Shown here: one piece after another, positions 57,449 through 64,000 of the stretch
Layout of the letters: the number at the start of each line of letters is the position of its first letter
How positions within the stretch are numbered: position 1 is the first letter of the stretch
Assembly (NCBI GenBank): GCA_964403585.1
Contig: CAYOFQ010000001.1
Coordinates: 1,280,826-1,344,825 of the forward strand
Direction of reading: 5' to 3'
From: an uncultured Gammaproteobacteria bacterium
GTDB lineage: Bacteria > Patescibacteriota > Microgenomatia > JALYQM01
Length of the DNA stretch: 64,000 nucleotides
Translations under genes and position numbers: made by a program
The notes under the pieces: generated by a model
What the model was told of the DNA's origin: nothing
The model's database searches: none
Seen by the model: the letters and a program-made list of their open reading frames with translations, nothing else

Positions 57449-58900
57449 TTACAAACTCACCTCTTTAATTTTGTATTCAAATATCGATTTGTCCGGAGAA
57501 TTATCGAGGCATTTTTGGGCCAGAGCAAAAGCCATCTCGATACTATTATCAGAATTGTTATATCTAAAGATCCCTGTTCTACCGAGTAAATAAACCGAGT
57601 CTGTCTCCAGGAATGCAACTATTTTTTGGAGCCTCTTTTTGTATTCAAGATCATATACCGGATAAGCGTAGCGTATCCGTTTAACAAATGAACCGCTAAC
57701 TTTGGAACGTTGAAAAAGCCCAATTCGAGCTCCAGACTCAATACATTCAATGACATGCTGTTCATCACTTTTACTCCACTTACTATCATCAAAATAACAG
57801 GTAATATCTAAACATAAACATGTTTTCCCCTCGGGAGCCATTTTTTTTGACCAGTTTGTAAATTCTACCGAACGATTAAAGGGAATCTCCGGATCAGGGA
57901 AATACATCCAGTGATCATTGGAAACATGATCCTGATCCAGGAACAAGTAAACAAAGATAATATCCATATACTTTGTCTCTGATAAAAATTGAGCTATATC
58001 TGTAGATTTCTTATCTTGCAGATCATATAACATTTTTAGGGGAATAGTCGAAATTACAGTCCCATACTCAACGCAATATTCTTCTCCTTGGAAAGAATAC
58101 TTTACCTGCTTTAAATTTTTATTAAGCGAAGTCATCGTTGCCGAAGTAAGAACATCTCCTCCTCGGGCAACAAGATCGGCGGCAAACGCATCAGGCAGTT
58201 CTTGTATACCCATATCAGGATAGAAAAATTCTCCTCCATCGGGAGCAAGGGAATCGTCCTCTAAATCATAGCGCGAAAAATCAAGGCTCAGCAATTTTCT
58301 TACTGCTCGCTTAATCAGGCGCTGCAGATTTTCACCGCTAAAACGTGCATCTGCCCAATCTGCCGAAATTAACCCCGGATCCATTCCCCAAATTTTGGAA
58401 GTGTACCGGTAACACATTACCTCATAAAGACGACGGCCATAGTAATAAGTAAACCAGTCTTTATATGATTGCACCTCCCGCGGTTTATTCCGCTGCTTGA
58501 ATCTGTTAAGTAAGTAATCGGCACTGCTTAAAACAGCTTCATGAAAAGGCATTGCTCGCAATAAGTTAGTTAACTCGAAAGGGTATTTAAGATATTTTCC
58601 ATACAAATAGATACGGCTTTTTTTGATATGCTTGTTCATTTTCAGGCCAGGCAGAGTCGTAATTGTATGCAATAGTTCCTGGTTCTTAGTGTGAAATCTG
58701 TGCGCAGAAAAATCCATTAAAAACCCGTCATGCTCTAAAGTCCGGCTCAATCCACCCACTACCGGCTCCTTTTCTAAAACAAGCACAGTTTTACCGTTTT
58801 TGATCATTTTCCAGGCAAACGACAATCCTGCAACTCCGGCTCCGAGTATGACATAATCATATTTTTTTATTTCCATTGGATAAGATACTCCTCTAAACAC
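57449..58900 (-). CDS. FAD/NAD(P)-binding oxidoreductase (amine-oxidase / UDP-galactopyranose-mutase-like fold)
   Basis: YDYVILGAGVAGLSFA dinucleotide-binding motif, LEKEPVVGG; 483 aa; function inferred from context only. Confidence 0.6.
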   Translation of the reverse strand: MFRGVSYPMEIKKYDYVILGAGVAGLSFAWKMIKNGKTVLVLEKEPVVGGLSRTLEHDGFLMDFSAHRFHTKNQELLHTITTLPGLKMNKHIKKSRIYLYGKYLKYPFELTNLLRAMPFHEAVLSSADYLLNRFKQRNKPREVQSYKDWFTYYYGRRLYEVMCYRYTSKIWGMDPGLISADWADARFSGENLQRLIKRAVRKLLSLDFSRYDLEDDSLAPDGGEFFYPDMGIQELPDAFAADLVARGGDVLTSATMTSLNKNLKQVKYSFQGEEYCVEYGTVISTIPLKMLYDLQDKKSTDIAQFLSETKYMDIIFVYLFLDQDHVSNDHWMYFPDPEIPFNRSVEFTNWSKKMAPEGKTCLCLDITCYFDDSKWSKSDEQHVIECIESGARIGLFQRSKVSGSFVKRIRYAYPVYDLEYKKRLQKIVAFLETDSVYLLGRTGIFRYNNSDNSIEMAFALAQKCLDNSPDKSIFEYKIKEVSL

Positions 58901-59763
58901 GTTTGCCAGGGACGCATTGTATATAAACCTAATTCTTTTAAATGTGCAGGTACAAGCTTTTCTGACCAGGGACGAATAGCATAAAAATCTTTTAAACTTT
59001 CATGATTGGAAGTAACCCTATGAAGCACGATATCTTCTCTCCCAAGCTGAGACAACATAAATCTGGCTACATCATAACGGCTCGCTTCCCCCTGACAAAT
59101 AGTATGAAAAACGCCGTAAGCGTCATGAGACACCACTTCAAAAATATTTCTGGCCAAATCATGAGTATATGTCGGTGTTCCCACTTTATCATCGACTACA
59201 TACAAATCTGTATCACCGGCAGTAATCTTCTTCATCAACTTACTGACAAACTTTTTATCTTTGCGCGGTCCGCCCCCCATCATCCATCCTGCCCGAAACA
59301 TAAAGTGACGCGGATATGCACGGATATACTGCTCTCCTTCAAATTTTGATTTTCCATAAACATTCAGCGGATTGGCAATATCATCTTCAACATAAAATTC
59401 CCTGGTACCATCAAAAATACCTGCAGTACTGATATGCACTACCGGTAGATTCTTTTCCGCACAAATCTCAACCACGTTCTTACAACCCAATGCGTTTACT
59501 TCATACGCCTCACGTTCATGTTGCTCGCAATATTCTAAATCAGTCAATGCCGCGAGATTAACTACCAAATCCGGCTTAAATTCATTTATTTGTTTGTTAA
59601 GTAATTCTTTATCACGGACATCTGCGTAGGAAAGAAACTGATCATTCAAATCAATATCCGTTGCAAAAAACTGATAGTTTCCAGACATAGCCTTATAAAA
59701 AGCTTCGCCCAACATTCCCCCACATCCGGTTAAGTAAATACGAGTTTCATTATTCAATTGCAT
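58867..59763 (-). CDS. NAD(P)-dependent sugar-nucleotide reductase, RmlD (dTDP-4-dehydrorhamnose reductase)-like
   Basis: IYLTGCGGMLGEAF Rossmann motif, about 298 aa RmlD-like size and SDR-type Y-x3-K region. Confidence 0.55.
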   Translation of the reverse strand: MQLNNETRIYLTGCGGMLGEAFYKAMSGNYQFFATDIDLNDQFLSYADVRDKELLNKQINEFKPDLVVNLAALTDLEYCEQHEREAYEVNALGCKNVVEICAEKNLPVVHISTAGIFDGTREFYVEDDIANPLNVYGKSKFEGEQYIRAYPRHFMFRAGWMMGGGPRKDKKFVSKLMKKITAGDTDLYVVDDKVGTPTYTHDLARNIFEVVSHDAYGVFHTICQGEASRYDVARFMLSQLGREDIVLHRVTSNHESLKDFYAIRPWSEKLVPAHLKELGLYTMRPWQTCLEEYLIQWK

Positions 59764-59797
59764 ACTGTATATATATCATTATTAGTAAAACAGTAAC

Positions 59798-60916
59798 ATG
59801 AGAATCTTAATTGTACATCCCCACCTTAGTTTTCGTGGATCCGAACGCGTTGCACTACACCTTGCCAGAGGGTTGAAGGAAAGCGGTCATGACCCGCTGA
59901 TCTTCTTCACAAAAAAAGATCCTGCCTTACCTTATTCTGAGATACCGAATTACTGTAAATTCCCTCATCAAATTATCAATACGATTTTCCAAAATAATTA
60001 TATTTATTTAGTCTTAGTTCTACCGGTAACACTGCTATATATCTTATATTACGCACGTAAAGCTGACTATATCGAAACTGAGGGATTTCCGTGCCTGTGG
60101 CCAAGTTGGGTAGTAGCAAAACTGTACCGCCAAAAAATTATTTGGATAGTGCATGCACTTGAAAGTTCTGAAATATATTTCAAGTTTATATCTATTATTG
60201 ACCACTTACTCGTACCTGCTATTTCGGCCGCCGTAACAGTCTCACCACAAACAGAGCGAAAAGTTAAACAACAATATCCGGGCTTAACCGTTCATATGCT
60301 TATTCCACCCATCAATACCGATAGACTCAACAATCCGCACCCCGGATTAATCCGAAATAAATATAATTTGAAGCAAAATAAAATAATACTTTCTGTAGGG
60401 ATTCTTCACCCCAAAAAGAATCAGCAGCTGGCAATTATCTGCCTAAGCAAATTAAATAAAATATTCCCTAATCATACACTGATCATCGTAGGCGGAGGTA
60501 ACACTGAGGCATTATCCCGGCTGGCCAATACCTTAGGAGTTGGGAACCGCGTGATTTTCGCGGGAATGGTTGATGACACAGAAATTAAAGAATACTATTG
60601 TGACAGCGACCTGGTACTCATAACCTCTAACTCTGATCAGGAGGGATTAGGTATTACTGCCTTTGAAGCATTCTACCTAAAGAAAATGTGTCTAACTACG
60701 AAAGAATCCGGCGTGAGCGAAATTATGCAAAGTCATAACTTTGGTTTAATCGCCCCATCCAATCCGGAATCTTACTCACTCTGTATAAATAAGTATCTAT
60801 CCCATCCGGATAACTACGCAACAAACATAACTGCCGGGAACAGCTTTGTCACCAATAACCTGCTAATTTCCCAATACACAAAGAAATTTTTAGAGTTACT
60901 TAATAATGTGGCATAA
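59798..60916 (+). CDS. Glycosyltransferase family 4
   Basis: C-terminal EGLGITAFEAFYLKKMCLTTKESG GT-B motif. Confidence 0.75.
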   Translation: MRILIVHPHLSFRGSERVALHLARGLKESGHDPLIFFTKKDPALPYSEIPNYCKFPHQIINTIFQNNYIYLVLVLPVTLLYILYYARKADYIETEGFPCLWPSWVVAKLYRQKIIWIVHALESSEIYFKFISIIDHLLVPAISAAVTVSPQTERKVKQQYPGLTVHMLIPPINTDRLNNPHPGLIRNKYNLKQNKIILSVGILHPKKNQQLAIICLSKLNKIFPNHTLIIVGGGNTEALSRLANTLGVGNRVIFAGMVDDTEIKEYYCDSDLVLITSNSDQEGLGITAFEAFYLKKMCLTTKESGVSEIMQSHNFGLIAPSNPESYSLCINKYLSHPDNYATNITAGNSFVTNNLLISQYTKKFLELLNNVA

Positions 60917-62021
60917 TACTTTTATGAAATATGGTATTACAGTTCTTTCCCTGGTCCTGTTTGTTTCTATCGGTTATTTCTATAAAACATACACCAACGC
61001 GTTACGCAAGTTGGATCCACAGAGTGGAGCCACACAAGTTCTCTCAGCAACGGATAACCATCTTATGAACGTGGATAGCAGTATCACTCACTCCAACCTC
61101 TATTCCCCTTCAGATCTAAAAGCACAAGACATTTCAGCAACAACAATCAAACTAACATGGAAATTCCCCAAAAAAGAAATCGTAGTCGCTACCGGCTTAC
61201 CTCCACAATACGGAACACTATCAGGATATCGTATCTACAGAGACGGATTTTGGTACCAAGACATCCCGTTAATCCAGGATGAATTCATAGACAGCAACTT
61301 ACTCCCGGATGAAGAATACCGCTATATAATTTCCGCACTTACCTTTGACAACAAGATTGAAGGTTCAAAAAGCGCCGAGCTGGCTTCACGGACTCGTCAA
61401 GGAAACCCCGTATCTCCCATAGTTTTCAAACCAAAACAAATCAGTACATACCTGGCTGAAGGCGATAGTATTACTGAAGGTCAACGTGCCGCCAAAAACC
61501 GGGGGTGGGTTGATCAGGTAAGTGGCTATTTGGCAAAGAAAAATTCGGGTCTTGAGACGGTAAATTACGGACTTACCGGATCAACAAGTGATCACGTACG
61601 AAGTCGTCTTCCCCAGGAACTCGCAACTTCCAGCGCCGATCTGGTAACCATAGCTGTTGGACTTAATGATCTCTACGGGGCAAGTCGTGATATTGGCAAT
61701 GTCAGTATAGCCGCTTATAAAAACAATTTGGAGCAAATTATTGATAAAGCGGGACCTTCGGAAAACCGACTGGTCCTGCTCCTGACAATTTATTACTTCC
61801 GTGATTGCTGCAAGCAGGAATTCAACAAGGTTGACGCCTGGAATAAGGCAATTCACGAAGTTGGATACACTAAAAAAATCGGGGTCATTGATGCATTTCA
61901 GGCAATGAAGGATGCCGGAGAAGAAAAAACCATGGACGACATACTGCACCCCAACCAGGACGGGCATGATACTATTGCTAAAGTAGCAATTGAAACCATC
62001 AGGAAATATAGCGAACAGTAA
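60906..62021 (+). CDS. Membrane-anchored fibronectin-III + SGNH/GDSL hydrolase (putative glycan O-acyl esterase)
   Basis: N-terminal TM, FN3-like LKAQDISATTIKLTWKFP, then SGNH blocks AEGDSITEG (block I), GLNDL (block III), DILHPNQDGHD (block V DxxH). Confidence 0.7.
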   Translation: MWHNTFMKYGITVLSLVLFVSIGYFYKTYTNALRKLDPQSGATQVLSATDNHLMNVDSSITHSNLYSPSDLKAQDISATTIKLTWKFPKKEIVVATGLPPQYGTLSGYRIYRDGFWYQDIPLIQDEFIDSNLLPDEEYRYIISALTFDNKIEGSKSAELASRTRQGNPVSPIVFKPKQISTYLAEGDSITEGQRAAKNRGWVDQVSGYLAKKNSGLETVNYGLTGSTSDHVRSRLPQELATSSADLVTIAVGLNDLYGASRDIGNVSIAAYKNNLEQIIDKAGPSENRLVLLLTIYYFRDCCKQEFNKVDAWNKAIHEVGYTKKIGVIDAFQAMKDAGEEKTMDDILHPNQDGHDTIAKVAIETIRKYSEQ

Positions 62022-63150
62022 TATGTACAAATTAGCTTTAGTAAGAGATAGCCGGATCTCGGCTCTGGATCATTATAAATTTCTTAAAAACTTTGACATT
62101 AACTTCATTTCAGGTAATAGCAACCCTCATATTGCTGAACGATACAAACTCCCGAACAATGTCCGCATCACCAATCTTAAACTCATTAATCCCCTGGGTA
62201 TTGATCCTATTTCGTTACTTGGCAGCAACGCCACCAATCTGGCCTGGAATTACTTTGCTGATTTAGAACAGGAACTCAGGGGAAGTGACCTCATCGGTAT
62301 CTCAGACAATTATTATTTCTGGAATTATCAGACTATCAAATTTGCCAAGAAAAATAATATACCGGTTTTCACTATTCTCTGGTGTAACATCCCGAATCAT
62401 ATCTCTACCTGGTTGCCTCCCTACGCACAAATAACCCGGGAAGTGATCGATTACACATCATTATTTATTTTGCGCAATAACAAGGCCTTAGAATTGACCG
62501 ACTCTCTAAAAATTCCCCGTTCCAAAGTAAAGGTCATTTACAAAGGAATCGACCTGACGAGATTTAAACCACGCGCAACAACTTATACCAATCCACTCAA
62601 TATTCTCTATGTGGGGAGACTAGAAAAATCCAAAGGGGTGACCGATATTATCGCAGCCTTTAGCCTACTTCATCGAAAGTATCCCGATACGACCTTGACC
62701 GTTGCGGGTCGGGGTTCATTAACTCAAACGGTAATAACCGCAGCCGAAACTCTACCAATTAATCTTCTGGGCTTCGTTGAATATTATCGCCTTCCGGAAA
62801 TCTATCAACAAGCCGATATTTTCTGTTCGCCCAGCAAAACTTCGTATTTATTAAATATTCCAATTACAACCGAATATTTTTCGTATACACTAATGGAGGC
62901 TCAAGCTGCTGGCCTGCCAATTGTCGCTACCGAAATGGGTGGAATCCCGGAGGAAGTCGACCCCAGAAACTTCTTAGTAGAGGAAGGAAATATCGGCCAG
63001 ATCTATGCAGCACTCGAAAAACTTGTCGTGAACCATGAATTACGGAAAACATTGGGTAAGATAAACCGGCAACGTGCGCTCGCTATCTTTGATACACAAA
63101 AACAGGCTCATGAAACAGAACAGGCTCTATTGAATTTACTAAATGCCTGA
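61990..63150 (+). CDS. Glycosyltransferase family 4
   Basis: EYFSYTLMEAQAAGLPIVATEMGGIPE E-x7-E motif. Confidence 0.75.
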   Translation: MKPSGNIANSNMYKLALVRDSRISALDHYKFLKNFDINFISGNSNPHIAERYKLPNNVRITNLKLINPLGIDPISLLGSNATNLAWNYFADLEQELRGSDLIGISDNYYFWNYQTIKFAKKNNIPVFTILWCNIPNHISTWLPPYAQITREVIDYTSLFILRNNKALELTDSLKIPRSKVKVIYKGIDLTRFKPRATTYTNPLNILYVGRLEKSKGVTDIIAAFSLLHRKYPDTTLTVAGRGSLTQTVITAAETLPINLLGFVEYYRLPEIYQQADIFCSPSKTSYLLNIPITTEYFSYTLMEAQAAGLPIVATEMGGIPEEVDPRNFLVEEGNIGQIYAALEKLVVNHELRKTLGKINRQRALAIFDTQKQAHETEQALLNLLNA

Positions 63151-63194
63151 ACCCTTTTCTATCCATCACCGGTATTGTAAGCTAATACGTATTG

Positions 63195-64000
63195 ATGAAA
63201 GAAAAAAAATTCTCACTTCTTAATCTATTTGGAAAAACCTTCAATATCACCATACAAACTGCGTTACTTTTCGCCGGGTTAGGAATTATTAGTGGAGTAT
63301 TTTATCTCATTTGCTGGAATTATATTATTACGCCGGAGATCTTTGGTACGGATACGGTAAGTGCATTTGACTACGTAGTTTGGCTAAATAGATTCTTTCC
63401 TTCAATTCCCTACTGGTATCCCATTCAGGGAGTAGGGATCTCATTTTATGCAGGATATCCCTGGTTTTCGCATTACCTGGTAGTGCTCATAAGTAAATTA
63501 ACCAATCTGCAGCTTATTAGCGTATTTAATTTACTCCAAGCTGCTTCATTCCTAACAACTGCGGTAGGGATTTTTCTGTATTGCTGGACAAGAATGCGCT
63601 ATCCTGCACAAGGTATCGCCCGTCAAATTATCGGTATAATTGCGGCACTATTTTATCTCATCTCTCCAATCACCTATATTTGGGCATATCAATGGGGGTT
63701 TTATGCAGAGTCGGTTTCGTATATGTTCATAATGCCCACCATCCTGTTTGCCGACTGGTTCATCGACTTAAGCTTCAGATATAAAGATACCCTCCGCAAA
63801 CGGTTTGCACTCGTCGTAACAGTTTTCTTTTTTTTCATAGCATTCATGACTCATTTCCAGGCTGGCCTGGGACTTTCCCATTTTATTATTCTCTTCATAA
63901 TTGGCCGGACACTGCTTGCCCTTCGACACTATGGAAAACCTGCTCTGAAACGCGGACTGCTTACCCTCCTCCTGATTTTTATCCCGTTAGCAGGATTATT
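63195..64000 (+). CDS. Polytopic membrane protein (possible GT-C/YfhO-like), 3'-truncated by window edge
   Basis: ATG at 63195; frame stays open to the window end; highly hydrophobic multi-TM sequence. Confidence 0.45.
   Translation, partial: MKEKKFSLLNLFGKTFNITIQTALLFAGLGIISGVFYLICWNYIITPEIFGTDTVSAFDYVVWLNRFFPSIPYWYPIQGVGISFYAGYPWFSHYLVVLISKLTNLQLISVFNLLQAASFLTTAVGIFLYCWTRMRYPAQGIARQIIGIIAALFYLISPITYIWAYQWGFYAESVSYMFIMPTILFADWFIDLSFRYKDTLRKRFALVVTVFFFFIAFMTHFQAGLGLSHFIILFIIGRTLLALRHYGKPALKRGLLTLLLIFIPLAGL

Noticed and set aside
1-64000. Searched for transposase/integrase genes, IS terminal repeats, and direct-repeat att sites around the GC-rich gene
   Set aside because: No recombinase-like ORF and no duplicated tRNA 3' end were found. 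Only hairpin-type inverted repeats flank the GC-rich gene, so mobility cannot be asserted from this window alone.

Overview
This 64-kb window looks chromosomal and comes from a moderate/low-GC, small-genome bacterium. By eye the window is about low-40s % GC. The gene content (L-lactate dehydrogenase, four NUDIX hydrolases, many envelope-glycosylation genes, a T4SS coupling-type ATPase, membrane-anchored surface enzymes with Pro/Thr linkers) is consistent with a reduced Gram-positive-like or Patescibacteria-like lineage. That taxonomic placement is inference only.

Housekeeping genes:
- glmS, lepA, murJ, rpsT, ldh, tpiA, trxA, pcrA/uvrD, rny, and a recA-HD-recX operon.
- A short holA-like gene, an LCP-family gene, radC, and a PspC-domain gene.

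RNA genes:
- Four canonical tRNAs: Ile-UAU, Ile-GAU, Pro-GGG and Pro-CGG.
- One 80-nt non-canonical tRNA-like element.

Accessory or unusual content:
1. A roughly 1-kb GC-rich, GC3-biased foreign-looking gene. It lies between tRNA-Ile(UAU) and glmS, after a strong promoter and a structured leader, and is followed by a nested 19-bp inverted repeat.
2. Two paralogous membrane-anchored surface proteins. They share an N-terminal module and a Pro/Thr linker but carry different polysaccharide-lyase-like C-terminal domains (right-handed beta-helix versus alginate-lyase-like). A third Pro/Thr-linker protein has a beta-sandwich-like C-terminus.
3. A 17-kb envelope glycan locus that runs off the 3' end of the window (46.9-64 kb). 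It holds five GT4 glycosyltransferases, three GT-C-like membrane proteins, a NodU/CmcH carbamoyltransferase, two methyltransferases, an acyltransferase, an RmlD-like reductase, an FAD oxidoreductase and an FN3-SGNH esterase.
4. A UbiA (DPPR-synthase-like) / WecA-TagO / FemAB cluster.
5. A LivK-like binding protein next to an orphan Cache-type histidine kinase.
6. Five candidate promoters placed so that the ATG sits 6-9 nt after the -10 hexamer, as expected for leaderless mRNAs.

No CRISPR array, transposase or integrase was recognised.
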